64,000 bases of DNA, from assembly GCA_963695345.1 (NCBI GenBank), contig OY968769.1, forward strand, positions 896,001 to 960,000, in the 5' to 3' direction. Below are positions 32,094 through 41,949 of the stretch, piece by piece. The position numbers were made by a program, and so were the translations under genes. The stretch comes from an uncultured Methanomassiliicoccales archaeon. Its GTDB lineage: Archaea > Thermoplasmatota > Thermoplasmata > Methanomassiliicoccales > UBA472. A model generated the notes under the pieces. That model saw only the letters and a program-made list of their open reading frames with translations, did no database searches and had not been told where the DNA came from. Each line of letters opens with the position of its first letter. Position 1 is the first letter of the stretch.

Positions 32094-34031
32094 CTACTCG
32101 GGACGCCGCCATCCGCCTGCTGGAACCGTTATCTCGAAACGCGCTCCCCGTCCTGGCTGACCGCATTCCCGGATGGTGGTATCGGTTATGGCGAGCACTT
32201 CCCGGATCAGGAACAGACCCAGGCCGGTGTTCTTTCCGTGCCCCTTCTTGAAGATCAGTTCCTTGTCCTCAGCGGCGATGCCCACCCCGTTGTCCTCATA
32301 GATTATCTTCATGGCGTCGCCAACCTGCTCGGCGCTCATCTTTACCCGGTTCACATGTTCCCCATGCCGCATGGAGTTATCGATGAGGTTGTAGGGGACC
32401 TTCATGGCCAATGGGTCGATCAGGATCTGCACGCCTCCGGTGTGCTCCTCGAAAGCCACTCCCTTCAGGTGAAGCTGGACAAAAGCCTCGGCGGTCTGTC
32501 GGCCGATCGGTACCCAGGTTGGCGATTGGCTTCCTATGTCCTGATAGTCCCTGGTAAAGGCGATCTGTTGCTGCACGTTCGTGGCCGCCCGGGACATTTT
32601 CTCCAGATACGCGATCATCTCGGGATCCTTTTCCCTGAGCTTGAACAGGGTCATGTATCCGGTAAGCACCTGCATCTGATTGAGAATGTCATGCCTGGTG
32701 ATGCTGTTCAGCATACCCAGCTTGAGACTGGCCTGTCTGAGCGCCTCTTCCGCCCGCTTGCGTTCGGTGATGTCCTGGGCGCTGGTTCGGAAACCGATCG
32801 AATGGCCGTTGGAGTCCATGATAGGCCTCCATGAGATAGAGATCCAGAATTTCGAGCCGTCCTTGCGCAGCGCCCTGACCTCCAGGCTGTCCCCGCTCCC
32901 GCCTTCTATCGCCTTTCGCATCTTGTCGAACACCTTTGGGTGGTCCTCTTCGACAATCGCCATGTCCGTGTAGTTCTGAGCGGTGATGAATTCCTCAGGA
33001 GTGTATCCAGTCAAGGCGATCGAATAACTGTTCATCCACAATAGTCTGCCCTGAGGATCGAACCAGGCTTCCCAGCTGGCAGCATAGTTGGCGATGGCTT
33101 TGAACTTCTCCTCGCTGGCCTTGAGGGCATCCTCTGCCTTCTTGCGGTCCGTGATGTCCGTAATGATAACGGTGAACTGCATGGGGGCGTTGCCGTAGAC
33201 CGAAACCTCGAAATGCCGGTCCAGCGCCTGGGAGTAGCTCTCGAAGTGGTCCGGAACTCCGGTCAGGACCACCCTGCCGTATCTCTCGATCCATGTCGGC
33301 TCGACCGTTTTCAGGGTCTCCATCACAGTCTTACCCACAACGTCGGACCGTTTCAAACCGGTCATGCTTTCGAACTCTGCGTTAATCTCGATGAAACGAT
33401 AGTCGATCGGGATCCCGGCCTCGTCACAGATGATCTCGTGGACCGCCGCCCCGTTGATCATACCCTCGAACAGACTGCGATACCTCAACTCGCTTCCACG
33501 CAGTTGTTCCTCCGCGGCCGCCCTTGCCTCATTCCCGGCCTGAATCTTCTCCAGCTGCTTGCTCATTTCCAATTTTGCCGCAGCCAGTTCCTTGTTCGCC
33601 CGCAACAGCTTGCGGTTCCGCTGCTCCACTTCCTTATCCGCCTGCCGTTTCCGAACAGCCATCCGAAGACGGTGCTCGAGCTCTACGTACATCGGAGCGG
33701 GCATTCCGCCCTTCTGAAGGTAGGAATCCGCCCCATTGTTCAGGGCCTCTATGACCACCTCTTCCCTTCCCTTTCCCGTAAAGAGTATGAATGGTGTCTG
33801 GTCGCCGGATGCCCGCAATGATTTCAAGAATTGGATGCCGTCTTCGATGGGCATCTGATAATCGGAGACAATGGCGTCATATTTCTGGCCCAGCAATGCC
33901 TCCCGGGCCTTGGCCACGGAGGTTACGTTGTCGACCTGTATCTCCCCGGATATCTCAAGGAACTCCTTGCACAAGGAACCTAGGTCTGGCTCATCATCGA
34001 CCGCCAGTACCCGAATGCGAGGAGAGGACAT
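32094..34031 (-). CDS. hybrid receiver-PAS-PAS-histidine kinase
   Basis: N-terminal REC (VDDE, SDYQMP, FTGKG, YLQKG), two PAS/PAC domains, H-box RHDILN, NLIDNSMRHG, DNGVGI and GLGLFL. Confidence 0.92.
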   Translation of the reverse strand: MSSPRIRVLAVDDEPDLGSLCKEFLEISGEIQVDNVTSVAKAREALLGQKYDAIVSDYQMPIEDGIQFLKSLRASGDQTPFILFTGKGREEVVIEALNNGADSYLQKGGMPAPMYVELEHRLRMAVRKRQADKEVEQRNRKLLRANKELAAAKLEMSKQLEKIQAGNEARAAAEEQLRGSELRYRSLFEGMINGAAVHEIICDEAGIPIDYRFIEINAEFESMTGLKRSDVVGKTVMETLKTVEPTWIERYGRVVLTGVPDHFESYSQALDRHFEVSVYGNAPMQFTVIITDITDRKKAEDALKASEEKFKAIANYAASWEAWFDPQGRLLWMNSYSIALTGYTPEEFITAQNYTDMAIVEEDHPKVFDKMRKAIEGGSGDSLEVRALRKDGSKFWISISWRPIMDSNGHSIGFRTSAQDITERKRAEEALRQASLKLGMLNSITRHDILNQMQVLTGYMTLFKLREKDPEMIAYLEKMSRAATNVQQQIAFTRDYQDIGSQSPTWVPIGRQTAEAFVQLHLKGVAFEEHTGGVQILIDPLAMKVPYNLIDNSMRHGEHVNRVKMSAEQVGDAMKIIYEDNGVGIAAEDKELIFKKGHGKNTGLGLFLIREVLAITDTTIRECGQPGRGARFEITVPAGGWRRPE

Positions 34032-34331
34032 ATAACGATATTAAACAGGAATTTCTATATTTATGGACTCGTACTCGAGTATCAAGCAACGTTATGGATG
34101 AATCTCATTCCGGCCTTCTGGGAAGAACAGAACCGATGCCGTTTGGAGTGGTTGGATTGGCTCATATTCAATATCGATTCATTCAGCGGGCAGGGATCCC
34201 GGTTCCTTGCCTGGAAGATTGTCAGCAAATCATCATTGAGGACCGATGAAGGTCATTACCGTTATTATCTGGGCGGAAATAGGTTTCACCGGTGGAGATC
34301 GGTGGTGACCTTGGAACTGTGAATATCTAGT

Positions 34332-34463
34332 TCATTTCTTCTGTAACTTGGCCAACTTCTTCTTCGCTGCCCCGCTACCGGCCGCAGCCTTGCTTTCAAG
34401 ATCTGCCTTCTTCTCGTTCTTGCTTGCCTTTTGTTTCTTGATATCGTTCTTCGAAATGCTCAT
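34332..34463 (-). CDS. small Lys-rich protein, 43 aa (below the ORF-track cutoff)
   Basis: MSISKNDIKKQKASKNEKKADLESKAAAGSGAAKKKLAKLQKK*; GAGGT just before the ATG and an ATAAATA TATA-like box about 25 nt upstream. Confidence 0.65.
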   Translation of the reverse strand: MSISKNDIKKQKASKNEKKADLESKAAAGSGAAKKKLAKLQKK

Positions 34464-34711
34464 GACCTCGTATGTGGCAATTTTCTATTTATGTGATAAG
34501 TAGCCACTACGGTTATGAGGAATCAAGAATCCGGAATACGGGGACATATCAGCCGGCTATATTGTGTTTGATCGTCTCTAACGGACCGGATTCCTGGATA
34601 ATGCTTACAGGCATTCGGTTCGATCGGGCCACCCTCCGTCGATTGTGACCTTCGATGACGCTGAGCCGAAAACAATTCTCCTGGTAGGAAAGGTAGGTGT
34701 CACGTTCGTAC

Positions 34712-35137
34712 TTACTTGCTGGGAACGATCATCAATGGAACCCTTACATGGTGGGATACTCTGCTGGTTACGCTCCCGAGCAAGAAACCTTCGACACCGC
34801 CCAGTCCCCTGCTGCCCATCACTACTAGATCATATCCCCTGTTAGATTCGTCTATTATCCCCTTTGCCGGGTGCCCGATTCCATGTACAACGTTGTACGG
34901 AACTCCAGCCGCCTCCAATATTTTTTTCGCACCCTCGATCTTTTCCAGTTCCGCCATGGGAATCTCCTTGGCAGCATATCCCTTTCCGCCGGTGTTGGGT
35001 GGTTCCCAGACATATACCAGCGTTACCGATGACCCGAACTTCATGGAGATCTCAGCAGCTCGGTTCACAGCCTCCTCGGAGGATTTCGATCCGTCGACGC
35101 ATGCCAGTATCTTTTCGTATCCTGTCATCTTTCTCAC
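34712..35137 (-). CDS. universal stress protein (UspA family)
   Basis: KILACVDGSKSS, GHPAKGI and DLVVMGSRGLGGVEGFLLGSVTSRV. Confidence 0.93.
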   Translation of the reverse strand: MRKMTGYEKILACVDGSKSSEEAVNRAAEISMKFGSSVTLVYVWEPPNTGGKGYAAKEIPMAELEKIEGAKKILEAAGVPYNVVHGIGHPAKGIIDESNRGYDLVVMGSRGLGGVEGFLLGSVTSRVSHHVRVPLMIVPSK

Positions 35138-35454
35138 CTATATGATATTCGCATCTGGTTGGTAATTAAATATTTCCCTGGTTCGAGGGGCCCTGCATGT
35201 CATGGTAGTTTTAATCCCGTTCAAGAATTGAATAAGTACGGAAGGTCGGCTTTCCCTACTTTCTAAAACTAACTGAATCTCAGATGGTCCCGACCCCTTA
35301 ACCTGTGACACTGGAATCAATTCGAAAAGGCAAATTCCAGGGTCCACAATGAAGCCGATATCTTCACCATATGTGGAGGTCACAACAATAACGCAGGTAG
35401 AATTTTATCGGACGGGAGAACTTCTGGAGATCCAAGTGTAAAAATGATAAGAAG

Positions 35455-35527
35455 TGGGCTCAGCCGGATTCGAACCGGCGACCTTCTGCGTGTGAGGCAA
35501 ACGTCATAACCGCTAGACCATGAGCCC
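35455..35527 (-). tRNA. tRNA-Val(CAC), intronless, CCA not encoded
   Basis: Reverse complement GGGCTCATGGTCTAGCGGTTATGACGTTTGCCTCACACGCAGAAGGTCGCCGGTTCGAATCCGGCTGAGCCCA folds as a cloverleaf with anticodon loop CT-CAC-AC and T-loop TTCGAAT. Confidence 0.95.
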
Positions 35528-35701
35528 TTGAACCCCACAACATCACTTCAAGGTATTAATTCCTGACGGTGCTGGCATCAACTGGCGCCCCGTCCCTTGG
35601 AGAGGAAAGGTGTATGGAACTGCCATGCCCCTACCATTGTTTCGACCCTCGCCGATTGTACCCGGCAATGGTTTTAAGCCCTGTGGACATTGGCGTTCTG
35701 A

Positions 35702-37831
35702 ATGCCCGGTATGTTCTGCGACCGCTGCAAATCGATCATGACCCCAGTGGGCGACCGGCTCGTCTGCCGCAACTGCGGGATGACCCGTTCCAGGGATGGC
35801 GGGAGAGGTTCCAGCGGTGGACAGGGTCAGGCCATCAAGCCAAAGTTCCAGACCAGGCTTGCCGGGACCCGCGAGGAGAAGGAGGAAGAGGTCCGTGAGG
35901 AATCAGCCCCTCCTCCGAACCCGGACGCCAATTCCATATTCCCTTACTTGCCCAGGCCGCACCAGATGGATTTTGTGAAACTGATCGGAGAGGTACTTGA
36001 GTCCAGGGGCAACCTGGTGGTCGAATCGGGCACTGGCACCGGCAAGACCGTATGCGCTCTCGCCGGAACGGTGGAATATGCCCTTGCCAACGACAAACGG
36101 GTGGTGTACATCACCCGGACCAATTCCCAGGCGACGATCGCGATCAAGGAGCTGCGCGCCATCAGCAAGCGGAGGAACGTCCTGGGCATATCGCTCCAAG
36201 GACGGAGGAACAGTTGTCCCATGCTCTCCGAGATGTCGGTCGATAACCTGACCCCGGGAGAGCTGTCTCGGGTGTGCGAGCACAAGAAGAAGAACACCCG
36301 GGACGGGGTCAAGGGGGGCTGCACCTACTATGCTAACACCGTTCATCTGGGCCATTCATATTTCAAGAACTATTGCGCCGACAACGTTCCTACTTCCGAT
36401 GAGCTCTCCCGGTTTTGCGAGGCGGACGGCGCTTGCCCGTACGAGGTGGGGAAGATGCTCATGCCGGAATCGAAGGTGGTCATCGCCCCCTATCCCTATA
36501 TCATCTCCAGCGAGGTGAGGCACCATTTCCTCGAACAGCTCCAGGCGGAGGCGGAGGACCTAATATTGGTGGTTGACGAGGCCCATAACCTGGCCGACGC
36601 CGCCCGGGACGCGGAGAGCATACGGATCACAAAAAAGATCGCCTCCATCGTCACGATCGAGGCTGGCGAAATGGGAAACGCCCAGCTGTCCAAGGATGTT
36701 GACCTGAAGAGGTTCGCCGGCGCGCTCTTCGGCGTTCTGGACCGGGCCGCGGAGCTGTGCGCCGACTCAGGCAAGGACGAGGTAGCCCTGGGCCGAGGAT
36801 TCCTTGAAGGCACCCTGTGCGAGGCGCTGGGCTGCGACCGGGGCGAGTTGGCCGAGATCGTCGCCGAGATGCAGGCCACCGGAGAGGAGATGGCCTACAG
36901 GCGTCTCCAGAGCGGAAGGGAGCCGACATCGGCGACATTCACACTGGGAAGGGACCTGACCAACTGGGTGGCCTCGGACAACGCCCGCTATGTGAGGAGG
37001 GCCACGATGGAGGAGGGCGGCATGATCGAGGCATACTGCCTGGACCCCAAGGGAGCGCTCTCTTTCTTCCACGAGGTCCATGGTTCGATACACATGTCCG
37101 GGACACTGAGACCGCTCGACCAGTATGTCCGGGTCACGGCATTGGGCGACAATACCAGGACCGCCATATTCGAATCGCCCTTCCCCAAGGAGAACCGGAG
37201 GGTGCTCTTCGTGGAGGATGTCGAGGCGAAGTACGAATCGCGCTCAGACCCGAACGCCGTTCAGAAGCTTCACGACTACGTTTCCGATCTGGCAAATGCG
37301 GTCTCCCGTAACACGATGGTGTTCTTCCCGTCCCACGCCATGCTGCATAATTACCTGTACCGGAACGAGAAGCTGCTGACCAAGAAGGTCTACCGGGAGG
37401 TGCAGGGCGAGTCACAGGAAAAGCTGGTGGCCGATATCGGACGCTTCAAACGGGATTCCCGGAAAGGGGCGGTATTCTTCGCCGTGATGGGCGGACGGGT
37501 GTCGGAGGGACTGGACTTCCCTTTCGACGAGCTGCAACTGGTGGTGATCGTCGGAATTCCCTACCCCAAACCATCTTTGTGCCAGGAGCGTCTGCGCGAG
37601 TTCTACGATCAGCGCTTCGGGGGAAAAGGCTTCGAGTATGCTGTCAACGTTCCGGCGGCGCGCCGCATGATGCAGTCGATCGGCAGGCTGATCAGGACGG
37701 AAAAGGACGTCGGTTGCGCCGTGGTGCTGGACAGCCGGGCCCCCCGATTCATGAGATACCTGGAAATGGAGAAAAGCGAGGACCCGGTCGCGGACGTCAA
37801 GAATTTCTTCGTCGGACGACCGGGCCGTTGA
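35702..37831 (+). CDS. XPD/Rad3/DinG-family Fe-S DNA helicase with extra N-terminal zinc ribbon
   Basis: Q-motif PRPHQ, ESGTGTGKT, Fe-S Cys residues, CPYE, VDEAHN, MSGTL, SEGLDF, GIPYP and QSIGRLIR; N-terminal CDRC...CRNC. Confidence 0.92.
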   Translation: MPGMFCDRCKSIMTPVGDRLVCRNCGMTRSRDGGRGSSGGQGQAIKPKFQTRLAGTREEKEEEVREESAPPPNPDANSIFPYLPRPHQMDFVKLIGEVLESRGNLVVESGTGTGKTVCALAGTVEYALANDKRVVYITRTNSQATIAIKELRAISKRRNVLGISLQGRRNSCPMLSEMSVDNLTPGELSRVCEHKKKNTRDGVKGGCTYYANTVHLGHSYFKNYCADNVPTSDELSRFCEADGACPYEVGKMLMPESKVVIAPYPYIISSEVRHHFLEQLQAEAEDLILVVDEAHNLADAARDAESIRITKKIASIVTIEAGEMGNAQLSKDVDLKRFAGALFGVLDRAAELCADSGKDEVALGRGFLEGTLCEALGCDRGELAEIVAEMQATGEEMAYRRLQSGREPTSATFTLGRDLTNWVASDNARYVRRATMEEGGMIEAYCLDPKGALSFFHEVHGSIHMSGTLRPLDQYVRVTALGDNTRTAIFESPFPKENRRVLFVEDVEAKYESRSDPNAVQKLHDYVSDLANAVSRNTMVFFPSHAMLHNYLYRNEKLLTKKVYREVQGESQEKLVADIGRFKRDSRKGAVFFAVMGGRVSEGLDFPFDELQLVVIVGIPYPKPSLCQERLREFYDQRFGGKGFEYAVNVPAARRMMQSIGRLIRTEKDVGCAVVLDSRAPRFMRYLEMEKSEDPVADVKNFFVGRPGR

Positions 37832-37832
37832 C

Positions 37833-38555
37833 CTACTCGGAAAGCACCCTGGTGGCGCGGAACGAGGCATGGTCGAAAAGCAATGAGAAGTAGTTTCCAG
37901 CATGGTTGGTGGAACGCATCTTTACCACCCGGATGCGGCGCTGAACATCGGTGTCCCCGATCTCCGCCATCTTCAGCAATATGACCCCGTCCGCCAGGTA
38001 CGCCTCGTCCCGGTGGTGGCAGTTATACTGGTCCGGGTTGCACTCGGATATCAGGAAGCAGGTCACGCCCATTCCCCGGAGCCACTCGAACATGTAGAAC
38101 AGTTCCGCCCTTCGTTCCTCCGGCTTCATCTGCGCCGCCATCTCCAGGACGTCGAGCGAGTCCAGTATCAGGATCTCATAGCCGAGGGAGGTCTTCAGGT
38201 TCTCCGCGTACATCTTGAAGACCTGCATCCAGCTACCTTTTGCGGACAGTTGCGTCAAGGATTTCCTGATGATGCCCAGGTCAAGAACGTTCACCGTGTC
38301 GCGGACCAGGTCCGGGTTCATGCCCATCGATTCCATCTGCTGATTCAGGCCTTCCCGGGACTGCTCCAGAGTCATGTAGAGCGATCTTGTGCCGCTTTTC
38401 AAGGCGTTCTGATAGATTATTGAGTAAGCGATCGAGGACTTCATGGTTCCTGGCGCACCCGCTAGAAGAACCAGATGCCCTTTGGGAACGCCTCCTCCCA
38501 TATTCTCGTCAAGGTTCTCGATGAAGGTCTTAACTCGCGAAATCTGCATTCCCAC
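37833..38555 (-). CDS. KaiC/RAD55-like RecA-fold ATPase (single domain)
   Basis: GGVPKGHLVLLAGAPGTMKS, ILDSL, YLADGVI and VVKMRST. Confidence 0.9.
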   Translation of the reverse strand: MGMQISRVKTFIENLDENMGGGVPKGHLVLLAGAPGTMKSSIAYSIIYQNALKSGTRSLYMTLEQSREGLNQQMESMGMNPDLVRDTVNVLDLGIIRKSLTQLSAKGSWMQVFKMYAENLKTSLGYEILILDSLDVLEMAAQMKPEERRAELFYMFEWLRGMGVTCFLISECNPDQYNCHHRDEAYLADGVILLKMAEIGDTDVQRRIRVVKMRSTNHAGNYFSLLFDHASFRATRVLSE

Positions 38556-38641
38556 CGCTCCCTTTTTCCAAGAAATTGTCGCCCGATGTTTTTAATCTAT
38601 GTTTCCAAATGTCCGACACTGGTAATCATTTTCGATACCCA

Positions 38642-40192
38642 TCAGTGATCGACTATCGGTATGGTGAGGTTGAAATGTTCCCCGTCATGGAACATCGCGT
38701 AATAGCGGGTGTCAACGTTCATCCCGCGCAGCTTGGGACAGCGCACCCATCTCTGCACCTTCGACTCGTCCAGCTGCCTCATCAGTATCTCGATGGCCCC
38801 ATCCGCCAGATACAGTTCGCTATCCGCGCTATCCACCAGCTGGTCCATCGGCTTCTCCGAGATCAACATCACGGTGATGCCCAGGGATTTGAACCAATCG
38901 AACAGGTCCTTGAGGTCCTGGCGGGTGAACTCATGATCGGAAACCGCCTTGAAGGAATCGAGGGAATCGAGCACGAAGATGCGGAAAGGACGCTCGGCGA
39001 ATACGTTCTTGACGTACCGCAGGAGTATCTCCCTCCAATCGCCTTTGGAGGCTTCCATCTCCTTGCGCAGGTCGACCATGTCGACCACCATCATGTGCTC
39101 GACGGCATGGGGCGATGGCATCTTGAGCCGGCCCATCTGCCTCAATATCGAGGCCCGTGTCTGTTCCAATGAGAAGTACATGGAACTGACCCCATCGTAC
39201 AGGGCGGCATTGTGGAGAATGGTATAGGTGAGGGTGGACTTCATGGTACCGGGGGCACCATTGACCAGTATGACGTGCCCTTCTGGAATGCCTCCGCCCA
39301 GAATGGTGTCGAACTTCTCGATGTGAGTGTGGATCGTCCTATCCGGGCCTGACGCGGGAATACCGGCCCCGATCTGTATGTCCAGCTCCGGTCGGACTAT
39401 CCTCACCAGTTCGGCCACCTTCGCCTTGATGTCGGCGCGGGCGTCCTCCTCCTCCCCCTCCATCTTCTCGCCGATGGTGCATCTGACCTCTGCCTTGACC
39501 AGCCGATGAAGCTCCACGATCTGATTGGTGGCCTCGGCGAGCTGCTGCTTTGCCAGCTTGAGCTCCGAGGTCAATCTGTCCTTCTCGGTCAGCTTGGCCT
39601 CCAGTTCCTCTTCGAGGGCTTTTTTCAGCTTGACCTTCTCGTTCTCGATCGCCGCCCCGTACTTCTTCCTTATGTCATCCAGCTTCTGGACGTCGGCGGC
39701 GGTTATGCGCGAGGACTTCAGCTTGTCCTCCAGAATCATGATCTCCTGTATGCCCTTGTCGAACTTCTCCGACATGAGCTCCAGCTCCTGCTCCTTCTCC
39801 CGGATGGACATCTCCTTGCATTTGATCATTGTCTGATCGGACTCGAACTGCCTCACCGATTCCTCAAGCTGATTCTGGTCCTTCTCCATCTTGTCGAAGG
39901 TGTCCCGCATCCGCTTTTCCTTCTCGATGATCGCCTTCTCCCGGGCGGAGATCTCCTTGTCCTTTTCCTCCAGCATCTTCCGCAATTTGGACAATGATGT
40001 GAAATCCGACGAATCCAGACGGATCTGGGTCTGCTCCTCGGCGATGACCTTGTCAATAACGATGTTGGAGGGCATATCCCCCTCTCTCTGTGAACGGGGG
40101 TCGATCTTCCTCAGCATCTCTCCGCAACGGTCACATTGGATGTCGTTCGGTTTTACCCCTGAACCGCACCGCGGGCACTCGTATTTTGACAT
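38642..40192 (-). CDS. zinc ribbon + long coiled-coil + KaiC/RAD55-like ATPase
   Basis: CPRC...CDRC; about 200 aa E/K-rich heptad region; GGIPEGHVILVNGAPGTMKS, VLDSL and CPKLRG. Confidence 0.88.
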   Translation of the reverse strand: MSKYECPRCGSGVKPNDIQCDRCGEMLRKIDPRSQREGDMPSNIVIDKVIAEEQTQIRLDSSDFTSLSKLRKMLEEKDKEISAREKAIIEKEKRMRDTFDKMEKDQNQLEESVRQFESDQTMIKCKEMSIREKEQELELMSEKFDKGIQEIMILEDKLKSSRITAADVQKLDDIRKKYGAAIENEKVKLKKALEEELEAKLTEKDRLTSELKLAKQQLAEATNQIVELHRLVKAEVRCTIGEKMEGEEEDARADIKAKVAELVRIVRPELDIQIGAGIPASGPDRTIHTHIEKFDTILGGGIPEGHVILVNGAPGTMKSTLTYTILHNAALYDGVSSMYFSLEQTRASILRQMGRLKMPSPHAVEHMMVVDMVDLRKEMEASKGDWREILLRYVKNVFAERPFRIFVLDSLDSFKAVSDHEFTRQDLKDLFDWFKSLGITVMLISEKPMDQLVDSADSELYLADGAIEILMRQLDESKVQRWVRCPKLRGMNVDTRYYAMFHDGEHFNLTIPIVDH

Positions 40193-40219
40193 TATGAGAC
40201 TCCAGACTCTGCTCTGATC

Positions 40220-40936
40220 TCACTCTGATATCACTCTGGTCACCTGGAACTTGCTGCTGTTGTACAGCAGCGAGTAGTAGGAAGGATCATGATTGGTCTC
40301 CCTCATCTTGACGCAGCGTATGCGCCTCTGACTCTCCACGTCCCGGATGACCTGCATCTTAAGAGTGATGATACCGTCCGACAGATATCCTTCGTCGAAC
40401 TTACCGTCCATCATCCTTTCCGAGGATGATTCGGAGATGAGGAAGACGGTGGCGTCGAGGTCACGCAGCCATTCGAAAAGGTAGAATAGCTCCGTCCTCC
40501 GGTTGGTTATCTCCGCCATCGTTTCCAGCACCTCCAGGGAATCGATGACCAGGATGGAGTAATTCATGTTCTCCTTGAGGTTGGAAAGATATGATTTGAA
40601 AACGTGCAACCAGGAACTGCCCGCCGATATCTCCTTGAGCTTTTTCCGGATGACCCCGAGGTCGAGGACGTTCAGTTGGTCCTTGACGCTGTCGGTGTGC
40701 ATGCCCATCTTCTCCATCTGCCGGAGAAGGGACTCCCGGGATTGCTCCAGCGTGACGTAGACGGAGCAGGCGTTGTTCTCCAGGGCATGGTTGTACAGCA
40801 TATAGTACGAGAGCGATGACTTCATTGTACCCGGAGTTCCTGCGAGGAGAACGATATGGCCGGTGGGAACGCCGCCCTCCAGTATCCTGTCAAATCCTTC
40901 GATATAGGTCTTCAGCCTTCCGTTCACATTTTCCAT
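40220..40936 (-). CDS. KaiC/RAD55-like RecA-fold ATPase (single domain)
   Basis: GGVPTGHIVLLAGTPGTMKS, VIDSL, YLSDGII and CVKMRET. Confidence 0.9.
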   Translation of the reverse strand: MENVNGRLKTYIEGFDRILEGGVPTGHIVLLAGTPGTMKSSLSYYMLYNHALENNACSVYVTLEQSRESLLRQMEKMGMHTDSVKDQLNVLDLGVIRKKLKEISAGSSWLHVFKSYLSNLKENMNYSILVIDSLEVLETMAEITNRRTELFYLFEWLRDLDATVFLISESSSERMMDGKFDEGYLSDGIITLKMQVIRDVESQRRIRCVKMRETNHDPSYYSLLYNSSKFQVTRVISE

Positions 40937-41050
40937 CGATTACGCACTCCCAGGAACGTACTGGCCAAAATGGTCTGGGTACGTCAACGTGCATTCAGCG
41001 TTTTTGACATATAAAATAGATTTGACCTGCTTATCGGAGGTTGTTTTTTA

Positions 41051-41767
41051 TCAACTGGTGCCCCTGACCACGACCTTGCGCACATATCCTTTGGCGATCT
41101 CCGCCATGGCCCGGATCTTCTCCTCTGGATAGGGCGAGACCAGCTCCATTTTCTTCTCCAGGGTGGAATCGTTCTTGAACTGGTGCAGAGCGTATTTCTT
41201 GGACCCGCCGATGTAAGCGGCGATGGACTCGATGTCCTTCTCTTCCAGCAGGAACGGTACCACGGTGGTGCGGAACTCATGATCTACGCCCGAGTTCATC
41301 AGAATTAGTATCGAACGCTTGACCGCTTCAATATCTGGATTCACTCTCACTATCTCATGGTACTTCTCGTTCAGCGGAGCCTTGATGTCCATGGCGACAT
41401 AGTCGAGCATTCCGGAGCCAAGCAGGTCCTCCAGCATTACCGGGTTGGAGCCGTTGGTATCCAGTTTCACTTTCATTCCCAGGTCCCTGATCTTCGCGAT
41501 CAGTATCGGCAGGTCGGGATGGATGGTGGGCTCCCCGCCGGAGATCGCTATGCCGTCCAGGAAGTCCGCGTTGTCCCTGATGTAATCGGCGATGTCCTCG
41601 AACTCCAGCTCATCGAACACCGGCTCCATGGGGATCAGGTCGGGATTATGGCAGTATAAGCAGCGCCAGTTGCATCCCTGAAGATAGATGGTGGCCACCA
41701 CGTGTCCGTCCCAGTCGAGCAGGGATGTCTTGGAGAAACCGACGATCTTGAGACCCATCGATTCCAC
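41051..41767 (-). CDS. nrdG: anaerobic ribonucleotide reductase activating radical-SAM protein
   Basis: GCNWRCLYCHNP, SGGEPT, KLDTNGS, DYVAMDIKAP and EFRTTVVP. Confidence 0.88.
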   Translation of the reverse strand: MESMGLKIVGFSKTSLLDWDGHVVATIYLQGCNWRCLYCHNPDLIPMEPVFDELEFEDIADYIRDNADFLDGIAISGGEPTIHPDLPILIAKIRDLGMKVKLDTNGSNPVMLEDLLGSGMLDYVAMDIKAPLNEKYHEIVRVNPDIEAVKRSILILMNSGVDHEFRTTVVPFLLEEKDIESIAAYIGGSKKYALHQFKNDSTLEKKMELVSPYPEEKIRAMAEIAKGYVRKVVVRGTS

Positions 41768-41949
41768 GAACGGCGGACGAACATATTAATCGTATCCATG
41801 GAAGGGGCGGACCATACGTAGGATATCTGAGCACGTGCACCTGTGAAGGTGCGCGAGGGAGGTCATGACGAAAGTCATTGGTCCTCGGATGCGGGGCGGT
41901 CGATAGAAACCCTTTTTTGTCGGCACCCGCTTCGCTCGCAGGTCATCCT

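Noticed and set aside
32028-33821. Long plus-strand ORFs (268 aa and 202 aa) opposite the histidine kinase
   Set aside because: Antisense shadows of a well-supported gene; no motifs, and expected in GC-rich coding DNA.
34031-35455. Possible integrated element at the tRNA-Val 3' end (AT-richer DNA)
   Set aside because: No integrase and no convincing duplicated tRNA 3' end; only an 8-nt match (TCAGCCGG, about 34549), which chance can explain.
37833-40936. Circadian clock (kaiABC) interpretation
   Set aside because: Single-domain ATPases without the KaiC phosphosites, and no kaiA or kaiB in the window.
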